A stretch of 64,000 nucleotides of DNA, from the NCBI RefSeq assembly GCF_036321535.1, contig NC_087436.1, forward strand, positions 28,646,001-28,710,000, read 5' to 3'. The translations under genes and the position numbers were made by a program. Below, piece after piece: positions 13,009 through 25,812 of this stretch (its first letter is position 1; the number at the start of each line of letters is the position of its first letter). The notes beneath the pieces were generated by a model that was given only the letters and a program-made list of their open reading frames with translations, ran no database searches and had not been told where the DNA came from. Source of the stretch: Camelus dromedarius (lineage: Eukaryota).

Positions 13009-13590
13009 GTCACTTTCACATAACACTTAAGCCAAAGATCAGCAGAAACACATCTGTAGTTAAACAAACTGGATTTATCCCTTGTTGTAGCAAGGGAGAA
13101 CATAGACCATGGTGAACCATGGGGTGTCTCTGTAAGAAGGTTTAGAAAGGACCTATTACAGGATTAGTTGCTTTGGCTGAGTAATTTGAGGGAAGGTGGA
13201 AGGAGGCAAGTGTTTCCTCTAGATTAGATGCTGTCAGAAAGTGGAGGCAATTCTGTGATTGCCCATCTCAGTAAAATTTACCCACAGAAAGTGGAGATTA
13301 ACACGTGAATTGCACTGTAATTAGTTAAGAAATATTCATTTATTTTACCCAGACAGTGAAGGCGGTACTTTGTATTCTGGAGATTTTACAATAATCTTGG
13401 TTTGATCTGTGCATAGGCACAATTATGAAGTGGCTTCTCTGTCTCATTTTATCATGGTCTCAGAATAACCTTGTCTGAGGCTGGTGCTCTGTGAGATTGT
13501 TTATATGTAACGGGAAATAACTTGGCCTAGATGTGAGTGCCAGGCCATTTTCTGAATGCCAGGAGCTGTTCTTTTTTTTTTTTTTTTTCT
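13009..13590 (-). mobile_element. ERV1-class LTR (MER90/MER110-like)
   Basis: ggcctagatgtgagtgccaggcca...gccaggagctg is the reverse complement of the recalled MER90/MER110 5' end. TG start at about 13008. Confidence 0.55.
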
Positions 13591-15181
13591 TTCTTTTTCC
13601 TTTTTAAAATTCTAATGTGGTGAATGTCTGATCTTTGTGTTCAGAGCAATTCACACAAAATGAAGAGTGATCCAATTAATTCTGTAAAATTTCCAGGCTG
13701 AATGATTGCTTGGCCCAAAACCTATTCAACCAGTATCTGAATTGACGGTCTAATTTCATTTGAAAATTTTTTCAAGTTAATGCTAGTTTTGGCCAATCAA
13801 CCAAATGTTTGCCGAGGAGAACACTTTGCATGAATAATACTTATAAGTCATTCAAAGATATATTGTCCAGTCTCAACTGCCAGACAGAGCTCATTATTTA
13901 ATCTAAATTTTACAATCACACTTTCACAAAAAATATTACACTGAATGCTAGAAATTCTTCAAGAATATGTTGATATTTAGCATCTTCTAATCGTTTATCC
14001 TAAAATATTTAATAGATAGGTGTAGGTTGAAGGGTACCATTGGAGACAATAGCTTATAATAGCTTGAAGAACTTGAATTTTCTTCCTCTTGTAAGGGACA
14101 GTCTATTCTAAACACAAAGATAATTGCATATGAACTCCTGGATTTTATTAAATGGCAATTGGCATGGTACATTATCAAAAAATTCTTCTTATGATAACTA
14201 TTTTAATCATCTAAAGGAAAGTTTAATGAGATTAAATGAGAGCCTATTTTGTATTACAGAGGATCCTAAAGCAAATACCAGAATTTTTAAATTATCTGAG
14301 GCCTGACCTCAGAGTTCACAATTCTTCAGTGAGGTAGCAAAGGATCACATGAAGTAATTAAATGCAAAATGATACCCTAAATATACATCAAGGGATAATA
14401 TGTTATTTTGATGTGGCCCATTGGGTACAGATGTGATTTTAATAGAATAACAAGGACAAAAGAATCAGGGTGAAAGTCATTTACAACTCCTTGTATTTTC
14501 TGTTTTGGTGGAGTACTCAGGATTCAAGGTAACTGTTAAGGAGGATGGGAGTGAAATTGTATTCCTGGCTCTCACGATCAATGAATTTCACTACACTTGA
14601 GCCTGTAAATAAGGAAGTAAATCTTAAGTGCCTGGGAGTAAAGCATGCAATGTTTAAATATTAATTCTACAATTAAGATAAATTATAGGGTTTTCTCACT
14701 TTGATTAACACTCTCCGGTTTGTCAAAAGCATAAGCCAAAAAGAAAATGGGATATAAAATGTCTCTATAAAGATGCATCATTGTCTGTCAGCCAATAGTA
14801 AGAATGAAAATGAGCAGCTTGTTAGTGAGGGTATGTTAAGGAGTAAAACAGACATCTATGAGCATAGAACCTATGTATGTTGTCATATTCTCCTTGACAG
14901 TTACCTTCAGTTCCTTCTCTAGAAGATGGGTACCATCATTTCCATACGCAGTGTCAATGTTGAGAAGCAAATTAAGCTGTTAGTCTCATTCTCTATTCTT
15001 TTCTTTGCATTAAATTGTAATTCCTGCAAAATTATATGTAGCAAATTTTTAAAACAGAAACAAAGGCAAAGTTTACCTAAATTTTGTCATGAGTGTTTTG
15101 TCCTCATCAAACATTCTAGAATTAAAGAATCTGGGGCTGATATAACAATATGCAAAAAAAAAAAAAAAACAAAAAAACACA

Positions 15182-15308
15182 TTTCTTGTAATAGCCTTTA
15201 ATGAGGAAGAATGTGAAAACGAATATATGTATGTATATGTATGACTAGGACATTGTGCTGTACACCAGAAATTGACACATTATAATTGACTATACTTCAG
15301 TAAAAAAC
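15182..15308 (+). mobile_element. Young lineage-specific L1 3' end
   Basis: tgtgctgtacaccagaaattgacacattataattgactatacttca followed by an A-rich tail. This is a cetartiodactyl/camelid-style L1 3' terminus. Confidence 0.85.
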
Positions 15309-16149
15309 AAATACATACCACAGACTCAAATAATCTTTCTCTAGTTCCTAAAGAGTAATCAGTAAGCACTGAATGGAACCATTCTTATAGATACCTCTCC
15401 TTCCAATTTCGCCAAATAGAACCCTATATATTTAATACCCATTAAAAGTATGAATGACCAATCAGAAACATTAAATCTATTGGTCATTCAAATTGTTTAT
15501 GGAATTTTTTAAGTTTAATCATCAACTGAGATCAATAGTCATCAAGAAATGAAAGTTTGATGTGAACAGTGTATAGAGACCTGAGAAAATCATGGGCAAT
15601 GTTAGTAACTGGTGTTCCCAAGACCTTTGTAAGAGTTTTGATGTCCAGTGGGTTTAAGAGTAAAAGTCAGGAAGAATTGAGAAACCTTGTTTTGAGAAAT
15701 GAGAGGCTAACAATTTTAGACTACTTCCCTGGGCATTAGTCAACATGCCATTAACGAATGGCTATTTAGTTATTGATGTTGATGTTAGATATCAGGATGC
15801 TTGAGAGCTTTAAATCTCACATTGCAAACAAATCAGTCTTCTTGAAGGAGACTAGTCTGATGTACTTCAGCAATTAAAATAAGTGTTTATTTGTCAAACC
15901 CACTTCTTCTTCTTAGACATTTTTCTTTCAACTTTGGAATGGAAAGCAAAGCAAAGGATAAAAGTCAGCAGTACAATTTATTTATTTGTCAATGCATTTT
16001 ATTTAGCTTTTACCTCAGAGTCATTGTGGTTAGTGTTTTCCAAATGTCCACAAGTGAATACTGATTACCTCGAACCAACCATTTTCCTATAGGTGCTGGG
16101 AGGAACGGTTTTACTATTAAAAAAAAAAAAATTTAAAGGGCTTAAAGAC

Positions 16150-16378
16150 ACCTGGGATTCTTGCAGCTGTCTGGAAGGCACGAGAGGTTCCAGCCTGATA
16201 GGTCAACAGTGAAGAGATTAACAGACACATTTGGATACTTGATAATATCTTTGAATTAAAGACTCCTGAAACTACTCTGCCTTAGGACCTCCTCTTATGG
16301 TAGCTAATACAGTCTACTTATTTTTAAACTATTTTTTCATAGATTCTTGGTAGTCGTAGCTTCAAGTCTCTTAACATA
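16150..16378 (+). mobile_element. Degenerate MaLR LTR fragment (MLT1K/L-like)
   Basis: cctgaaactactctgccttaggacct...tttaaactatttttt...gtagcttcaagtctcttaaca resembles the old MLT1 3' end. Confidence 0.4.
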
Positions 16379-18429
16379 CCTTGACCCTCTTTATTATTAT
16401 TTATTTCTGAGGAAATTTAGTAAATGTTTACTAATGTAAATGTAAACATGTACCCCCAAAATTGAAAAATAAGATAATGAACAGAGAAAGTGGAAAAATA
16501 ATGGAATTCATGTTGTCAGAGAAGTCTTTAAGTAGAAAATGAGACAAAGGATTGTGTTTGATAGATGATGAGAAGACAAAAGATGAGAGAAGGAAAATCC
16601 TGTGTGTCTGAGCAAAAAGCCCTATTTGACAGCCCATCATGGTACATTTCAAATATATTGCTTTTATGTCAATGTGGCCTATTTTCATGTACAGACAGGA
16701 TTATTCATTATCTCCATTCCTCTTAGTTGGTATTTCAGAGCTTCTGAAAGTTTGAATTCCCATAGTTTATAAAGTTTTATTTAGTCTGTACAGTTTCCCA
16801 TGGTGTTTAAATGTTTATCCCATAGTGTGTATACTATTTATTTAGTCATCATGTCTAGTCTAGATTTTCACATTGACAATGATGCTTTTTTTGTTTCAAA
16901 CCAGTATTTATTATGAAAAAAATTCAATGCTAGGTATCTTTTGTGGATTCAGATGTAAAACTCAACCTGTTGTCTTATGAAAAAAAAAATTCCCAGTAGT
17001 CATGAGAAAACTAGAGTAGAAACAGTGACAAGACTTTCGTTTTTCTCATCATAGACATTGTTAGTGAGGCTTAGAAATAAATACAAATTTGGATAATTTT
17101 TTAAAATGGAGAAATAAAGTAACATATGATTTGAGGCTACACTTAAATTTCAATTATCTTATTTTAGGGATTGACTTTTGCCAGTTATTTGTCTACTTTG
17201 TCACAGCCTACATGTTAGTATGTTCTTATCCTAGCACAATTTTTATCTATTAATAAAAATACTTAATTAATATATTCACAGTCAGATCTCTTAAAATTAA
17301 GTTGATATTTGCTTGCATATGCATTGCATTTGTGTTGTAGGACAGGTTCATAGATTTGAACAAATTAGATCACATGTAAGATAAAAAGAATTAATCATTT
17401 TTCTGGACACCAACAATTAATAATTTTTGTTTGGTTTTGTTGAGCTTTTTTATCCTTGAATATAAAATAAAGTTTAATTTCCAAAAATGTAGCTATATTT
17501 TACTTATGTCGTAGGAGAAAGTCATATAAGACAAGGTTTGATTAGTATGAGTGTCTTAAATGCTATTAAATAAGATTTTAATGGCCAAGTATCACCTCTT
17601 TATTCAAAATTATTTTCTAAAAACTACTTAATATTTAAACATGTCAATATTTTGTTGTAGTTATATGTGAATAGTAATGGTCCCAATATTGATTCCAATT
17701 AGCTAACAAGGAATACACAGTTAGGACAAATCATGCAATTGAAAAAGTAAGTATAGACACAATTTCTTACCTAAAAGAAATTACATTACTCTTAAAATTT
17801 ACTAAATGACTAGTAAAATTTAGGAAACACTAGCTTTTGTATATGAGTATTATTATATCAATGTTAAATGCCAAGTACGATTAAAAAAACATTTTGAATT
17901 AATGTCTGTAGTTGTTCCTTGTAGAAGTTCCTTTGATAACTTCTTTTAAAGATGATGATATATTCAGTTTCTACACTTTTTTTCCTAATATGTTATCTTA
18001 ATTGTTGTAGACAGATTTGGATTTATTTTGAAGCAACACAATTTATTTTCCCATACAAAAAATTATGTCTCTAAAGTATCAACTATTTCACTGGCACCAC
18101 TGATCATGGCAAAATGCAGCTATCATACACTGAGTGCTTTACATATTTATTATATGTAAATATATATATGGAGGGACTTATGGTAATATATGTATTTTTC
18201 ATGATAGAATAAGATTTAAATAATATCTTAAAGTTCTATATTATGCAAAATTATGTGATTATGCAAAATAATGCAACTTGCTATCTTCTGTGAACTGTTA
18301 GATTATCTCATTTACTTGTTAACTTGGCTTTTAATTTGTTAACAGTTTTTAAAATATTTATATTTTTGTTATGGTGTTAATATGGTACAACTTTTTTTCC
18401 ATTCATATGCTTTGGAAATTTATATATGT

Positions 18430-19600
18430 TGATATTGATAGTCTTGTTTTATAATTTTAACATGATTGATCATTTAGGCATTTGAATATTCTCTTTCAGA
18501 AATTTTGTAATAAATATTCTTGGACAGGTATAATTATTCACTTTCACAAGGGTTTCTCTGTGATTTATACCTAGAGACGGAATTCTTGTGACTTAGAGTA
18601 TATGCATATTTCTTTTTTTTAACATTTTTTATTGATTTATAATCATTTTACAATGTTGTGTCAAATTCTGCATATTTCTAAATACTGAGAAAAAAAACTA
18701 TCCAATGTGTTATTTCTTTTTACATTGTCATAGTATAGGCTTTATTTTTCAAAAGTATTTCTCAAAATTAAGACAATTTGGGAACAATTTAAATTATGAC
18801 TACATGCAAAAACCCTAAATAAATATTTATAAATTGAATTCCTTTGATTCTGCATACCCTATATTGAAGCAAAATTTAGATTAAGGTGTAAGTCATGAGG
18901 CCTTACTTATTTCCTTCATAACAGTATACATGTTGCTTTTCTGAATTCTGGTACTATTTACTCTTACTATGGAGAAACAGATCAGGCTGATAACACTTCT
19001 GTTCCCCTTTGTAAGTAATCTGATTTTTTACTACCTATTTGCTTAAATTATTCTATATTAAAGTTGAGTACTTAATGAGTTTATTTTAATATTGTTTTTC
19101 CCATATTAACTGAGGTAAAATACAGATCTTTGTAATATTCATATATTTTAAAAGATTTTTTTCTCTAATTTTTTTTCTTATGCATTATTTTCTGTTCTCC
19201 TATTTAGGACCAATGTTTTTGTGCACAAGGGAACTTCTCTGTTTCCCTTATAATTCTGCCACTTAATTTTTATTTATATTTATATTTTTTTATCTTTCCC
19301 CAACATTTGGTATGGTTTCAATAGGAATTTCAAATGTTCTCAGTTGTATGTTTTTGGCTTTTAATGTTATATTAGTTTCTACACTCTTTTTATTCTTCTA
19401 TTTTTTAAGTTCTATCAACTTGTTTTAAAAAATTTTTTTAAAAATTTTCCCATCATTGAGCTGTTATATTATTTTTTATGTTGTTTTGCTTAGTAATACC
19501 ATGCCATTCAAAATTTTACTAGTTGAACTATGTCTTTGAATAATCTTTCTCTGCTATAAATTCTTCACCTTTTAAAAATTGTATGTAATTGTATCTTGGA
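18430..19600 (-). mobile_element. Very old L1 fragments (L1ME/L1M-like)
   Basis: tatacctagagacggaattcttgtgacttagagtatatgcatatt matches the L1 ORF2 3' region on the antisense strand. A T-rich decayed L1-like tract follows. Confidence 0.5.
18614..18668 (-). mobile_element. 55-bp young L1 3' terminus with 11-bp TSD
   Basis: Perfect TSD tgcatatttct at 18603-18613 and 18669-18679. The minus strand reads gaatttgacacaacattgtaaaatgattataaatcaataaaaaatgtt followed by poly(A). Confidence 0.9.
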
Positions 19601-21269
19601 GACTATTACTTATTTTTAAATGTAGTCAGCAATTTACTGAAATGTATTCTTGAGGAGAGATAAAAAGCAGAGAGGTAGAGACTTGAGAAGTATCCACATA
19701 AGGTTCATGTTTGCTGTTTTAAAATACTCTCCTATGAAATCTGTTGTTTTCTTAGTAATAGTGCCTTCAAAAGTTGGTGTTTCAAAGATTTGTGCTACAG
19801 AAAGTAAAGCCATTAAAATCACAAAGTCACTTTGTGTTTCCTAGATGTCTCTGCTTGCCTTTCATTTTTAAAGTTATCCGACTAGGTTGTTAAATTGAAA
19901 ATAGTAATTTCATTGAAGTATAGTGTCTACCTTCGCAACATTCACTCTTCTCTATAGAGAAATGTCTCCTTTCATGATTTGATCACGATTCTAACATACT
20001 CTTCTCATCAATGGAATTTTAGATGGGATTTTCATGACTAATAATGATTTCTAGAAATTTGCATTTTGTTCTAAGTTACCTTAGTTTTTTTGTTCATATC
20101 ATTTTTTGTGTGTGTGTGTGTTTTGACATATCTTTCTCTATATTAATGCAACTAGCATAGTATTTGACAAGAATGCTCTCTATAGCTTAGTTTCTTTAGT
20201 TGTTTCTTTGTTCCATGCAACATTTTTCTTTTAGATACTGTTTTTCCCCCACTTTTTGTGGGTTTTAACGGAGATAGATGAAGTAAAAATTACTTTAGGC
20301 AACAATATTTTGCAAAAGTTCCAAAAACCAACTTCGAAATTCTTTCCTAATGTCTTCACAACAGCCTATAAGAAATAATTGAGAAGAAACTTTAAATACA
20401 CACAAACACACACCCACACAGGAAACAAGTGCTATCACTGAATGTACACAGTGACACTATTACCATGTCTTCCTCCAGATGGATAGTTGAAACAAGGTTT
20501 TAATGCTATTGTATATTTTGTTAATAAAATTACAGTGGAGCTATGATGTGTCGATGCCTTAAAACTGAAACTAAAGCCGTTCAATTGAAGTAAAAGTTAA
20601 ACATAATAAAATATTCAATGAGTTAAATGTATGTAGTTATAAATGTATATATATAAATGTAGTATAAGTTATAAATGTACGTATGTGCCTAAATACTTAC
20701 TGTCGCTTCTCATCAGGAGGAGCTGTATAAGTGACTGTTACTTGCTCCTACTTCTTATAACCATAAAGCTAGACATGTATCAATTATATTGCTCTAACAG
20801 AGTAGGAAAATGTATCTTAATGCTTCAGACTTGGCATGTGAGTTTTATATAGCTGATCTGTATAAATCAGAAAACACACTTGCTGTAGCATCCTGGATTC
20901 AGGAGTTTACAGGTCATCATATAATTTTTATAAAACAAATTTGACATCTCTTTGACTACTCTGGCATGTCTGCTCTCTTGACTCTTCCACTTTATTTTCT
21001 CAGTGTCTCTGTGCTCCATGTTTTTCCATTATCTGCATCTAGTTCAAGGGCTATCACTTCAAATTTGAGGTGATCCAGTTACATTGTCACATTGTCCACA
21101 CAACACATTTGTCTAGAAAAATACCAACCTTGAATGAAAAAACTCATTTGTGGAAGTCAGGTCGACTTTGGTAGAAGACACTTGACTCTGCACATTGGCT
21201 CCACTTAAACTTAGAATCACTAGTACCGAGAGACCCTCAGCAGTGCGCCAGGTTGCACCAGGTTCATCT

Positions 21270-21400
21270 TTGCTTTTCTTATCCTTCCTTTTTTTTTTCT
21301 CTTTCTTCCTTTCTTCTTCCTTCTCGTCCTTCTTCCCTCCCTCCCTCCCTCCCTTTCTCTTTCTTTCTCCCTTCTTTCCTTACTCTCTCCCTCTCTTCAT
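21270..21400. repeat. CT-rich low-complexity tract
   Basis: Nearly pure pyrimidine run (ttcc/tccc units). Confidence 0.9.
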
Positions 21401-21765
21401 TATAATTAATTTCAAAACATCATCTATATTCACCTAAAACTCCACTTTAAGAAAATAATTTAATTTTCTACTCAAAAAAGGAATTACAAGCAATAACGTA
21501 GGAATTCCGTCAACTTGTACCTCTGAACCAAGAAGCCTACTTGCACCAGTACATTCATTCCTCTTTTCTTTAGTGCAGTGGAGAGTAATTATTCTCTTGC
21601 TTCTCAGGTTGATTCTTTCTAACCAGGTTCTGATATCTGTCTTTGCTCCCTGCTCAAGACCTCACTTGTCAATTATGTCTTGTCTTCCTTGTGTCTTCAG
21701 TCTCAGGCTCTCTAGTGACTTATTCTCATAAGCTTTTAAACATGCTCTAATCTATCACCAAAACC

Positions 21766-21768
<3 letters not shown>

Positions 21769-21804
<36 letters not shown>
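21769..21804. repeat. (AC)18 microsatellite
   Basis: Perfect dinucleotide run. Confidence 0.97.
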
Positions 21805-21809
<5 letters not shown>

Positions 21810-24048
21810 AGCAAAAAAAGGAAAAAAACAAAATTCCTGAGCTACAAAGATGCTGACATGTATATGAAGTTTCTCTGGAGAATTATCCATTTATGTATAC
21901 CATAGGCAGGTTAAGATCTATATTTATAAAATAGAAATAGTTAATAATTTTTAAAGCTAGTCCAATCCTGCTCCTCCTCATGTATTTCCTCTATAAATGA
22001 AAGTCACAAACATCCACCAGAGAACTAAGAGAGAAAGTATGGCTTGGTATGATATATATAATACATATGTGTATTATAGAATGATATATAAGTATACTGT
22101 GATGAATTTGGACTTAAATGGATGATTTTTAAGCTTAAAGAGAAATTCATTATCAAATTAGGAAAAAAAAAAAGACAAATTACCAGGCCATTTATAAAGA
22201 TGGACACTGCCACATGAATAAGTACTTTTACCATTAAACAAAAGTTAAATGCTTAAGGCATTTTCCTCTGTGTAGAATTATTTGTATATGTAATCTAAAA
22301 ATATTACATATATTCTAATTTGATTTTTATAATACATGTGCTACTGTAGATATAATTTTACAATACAAAATTTTATTTAGTTACTATTTTTAATATTGTA
22401 GGATGCAGAAAAATTGTCAAGGAAAAGGTTAACAAAAAGTAAAACAAGTGAGAATGTAAGCTTCCAGCAAAAGGTAAATGTGTCAGCTTATAAAAATTTC
22501 CATGTACAAATGTTGCCATATATGAAAAAATATGCTTTATAAATCTATTTTGTAACATATGAATTTAACATGTTTATGTAAAAAATATGCTTGTGGAGGA
22601 GAAGCATAACTTTCTTTTGGTGTCGATTATTCTTTCAACAGTACACTCTAGGTAGTTTATCATTATTCTCCTGTTGTTAAGAGACTAGTCTCACAAGTAC
22701 CCATTGAAAAGGTGCTGAACTAACAAATTGATTGGTATGAGTATTGAAAGGATTTGACAGAGTATGGGGAGCAATATGCCTTTTTTATGCACTAAATAAC
22801 TTTAATGAATCTGAGTAAAATTTTAAGACCTGAGGTTATCTTGCAATTGGGTAAGTGGTCAATTAAAAAAATCAACTCAAATTTGATATAGTGGATACTG
22901 ACGGCATCAACTTCAAACAGCTGCTAAGTTGCTGATGAGATAAACAAATTAATGTGTTTGCAAATGCAAAGCTATCCATTATTTCAAGAAGACTTTGAAA
23001 TAAATATCTGGAGCTGCATGCATTTTCAAAGTAAGAGAGGTAAGAAAGAAACTTGCAAATAACGCAGTGAAAACTAATGTTGTCCTTACTGTGTCGACAA
23101 TTCAGAGGCCTCTGTTTTTTTGTTTATTGATTTGCTTGAATGTTTGGGATAAATATTGATTACTGTCATTCATATATCTTTTATTTCTGAACAACAACAA
23201 CAAAAAAATGTTGAAGGCTTCCAGGAGAGCAGGAAATGAGAATTTAGTCACTCCATAAGTTAGAACTAACCGAACTTTATTGACTGTTTCGGTATGCACA
23301 GGAATATAAAAATGAATTAAACACTTTTTGAATACTCTAAAGCATGAAAACAAATGTTATGGATTATTATTCTACAGTAATAAGTGACAGTTTCACATGG
23401 AAATGGGATTGAAGGAGGGGAAGCACTTTCTTAAGAAGAAAATGAGGAGAATGGACTTAAGGAAAATCACAGACATGTGCAAAGGCACATAGGCGTGACT
23501 GCATATGGGAGATTTGGGAAACACTGCAATTAAGGGTGGCCAAGGAGCAGGATGTGGCCATTCTTATAGAGTAGATGCTACAATAGCTGAGACAATTCAT
23601 CAAGACCCTGGTGTAACTTCAACCTACAGGGAATCACGAAGCAGTGTATACATAGTAAACGGGTGAGTGAAACCATGATCCATCTTGAGTTTTAGTTTGT
23701 ATTTTAGAGAAATGATAATGGTGAAGAAGATTATTTGGAGAGACAGACTTTATATTCAAGGCTATTATTATGAATAAACAAGACAAACAATCCTGAGGAT
23801 TTTCACTAAAACCCGGGGTTTGAGATGGAGAGAAGGGATTTTTAACAAATACTAAAGCTATTTCTCTTGTCACCGATATCCTTGCTTTGTATTTTCCGAG
23901 TGTTGCACTTAACCCATACCAAATGCAGAAAGAAGCAAACTTGAAAGAGGTATATTTTCAAAATTATAAATAATAAAAGGCCCTTTCAAACCAACTGCCC
24001 TTGAAGTATGTCAGTCACTGAGGCAGCTGTGTCATGGTTTAAATGATT

Positions 24049-24101
24049 TATATATATATATATATGTATACACACACACACACACACATACACACATACA
24101 C
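24049..24101. repeat. Compound (TA)n/(CA)n microsatellite
   Basis: Read directly from the sequence. Confidence 0.95.
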
Positions 24102-24289
24102 GTTTTATTTGCTCTTATCCTATGTGACTCTTTCATATAAAAGTGAAAATTCTGCAGACAGCAGTGCCTTTTACCTAGACTGCTTTCTCTGGGTATCAGA
24201 CTCTGAAATGAAATTGTGGCAGTGAGACAGCATAGGGAGCTCTGGAGACCCGTCTTCCCGCAGGGGTGAAGGGAGGCTTTAACTGAGGA

Positions 24290-24760
24290 GGCCTCCCGGT
24301 ATGAAGAGGTCAGCAGGATTTGCAGCACATTACTGAACCTTAACCAAGGCATGAGGATTATTTCCAGTTTAGTGTCAGTCAAGTTAAGCACCTTTGTGTA
24401 GGACAAATTATTCATGATATACAATTCTTATGATACAAATTTCCAATTTTCCCTCATTAGAGCATCAGTGCCACTAAGTGAATAGTTTCCATTCTAACCA
24501 TTTCATATTTCTTGTCTTTATTTATCCATAGCCTGTTCATGCGATGATGAATTTCCCTGTTTCTCTGATCTGGGCCGTCACTTCCCAGTATGAAAGCCTT
24601 CTTTGCTGTTGATAGAAAATATTCATGTTCTGCGTTTGTCCTTGTGAAAAAGGAAGGAATCCGATCTGTATCAAAATGTCTTGCTCTCTTATCTTCTGCC
24701 ACGTGTTTCCTTCTTGGTCCAGAACTACGTTCACTGTCTTCCCCCTCCCCCAACTCCATG
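24290..24760 (-). mobile_element. Possible decayed Ty3/Gypsy protease-RT junction
   Basis: Across frameshifts: EMVRMETIHLV, then EGKLEICI (cf. GKLRICID), then TKVLNLTD, then QILL. Weak similarity, judged by eye. Confidence 0.3.
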
Positions 24761-25629
24761 GGGGCTGATTCTCTTTACACCGAGTGTGTAACTGCTTTTT
24801 AACTAGGTGTGCTCAGGATCCAGGCTCTCCTTAGACAAGTGGGGCCCAGAGGTATCCTCTGGCTTCTGCTTGAGTATCAGGTGAAAATGATTTCCTTATT
24901 ACTTTGAGATACACTGAAAATCCCTTGAAAGACTAAAATAGTTATCTACAGCACCTCTAGTGACTTTACATTTTCAACATTTCATATATAGTCTTTGGAT
25001 CTTTGCTCATCAGTGGTAAGAAACACATGATTATGAAGAATAATGACAAAACATGTTTAATTAATATTGTAACAAATGCTCTCAAGAAACCATGTAAGAA
25101 TAACATAAAATTGAACTGAGGTAGTTAGAGGGTGTTATATTACTAATAGCAAAGCTAAAGACATCGGAAAGTAAGAGGACATTGAGATGCTGTTTGGCTC
25201 TCTGTTTGGGGCACCATTATTCCAAGTGACAGCAATTATGTCTTGGTTTTACTTTCAATGTTTCTCTCCAGTATGTTCAAATATAAAGATATATAATGGC
25301 TCATTAGTCACAATTATTGTTTCATCATAATTATGTGCTTATGTAATTCCATTTGACAGCATAAAGAAGAAATATTTATCTTGTAAATCAATAAACTTTT
25401 AAAAATCATCATAGCACTATGTTATAAACTTCAGCATAGACATTAAAAATGAAATGTTTCTGGATCTATAGAATTTAGAATATCACATTAAATTTCATAC
25501 AATAATAAGAAAACAATTATCAACTTAGGTGGGACCCAATAAATATTTGTGGACTATTTTGAAGCTGTTTTGTGCATGGTTGGTGATAGAAGAACAAAAG
25601 GAACACTTGTCCTTGGAAAAGAGAAGGGT

Positions 25630-25812
25630 TTTTTTTATGTTATGGTTGTATTATCAAAGTATATTTAATTTACAATGTTGTTAGTTTCTGGTATATAGCA
25701 TAGTGATTCAGTTATACATACTTAATATATTTTTTTCACATTCTTTTTCATTGTAGGTTATTACAAGATATTGAATAGCTCCCTCTGCTATACAATTATG
25801 GTTGTTTTATCT
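25630..25812 (-). mobile_element. L1 3' end (cetartiodactyl-type)
   Basis: tttacaatgttgttagtttctggtatatagcatagtgattcagttatacat...ggttattacaagatattgaatag. Confidence 0.85.

Noticed and set aside
21195..21437. Hydrophobic 80-aa ORF
   Set aside because: Translation of a CT-rich low-complexity tract.
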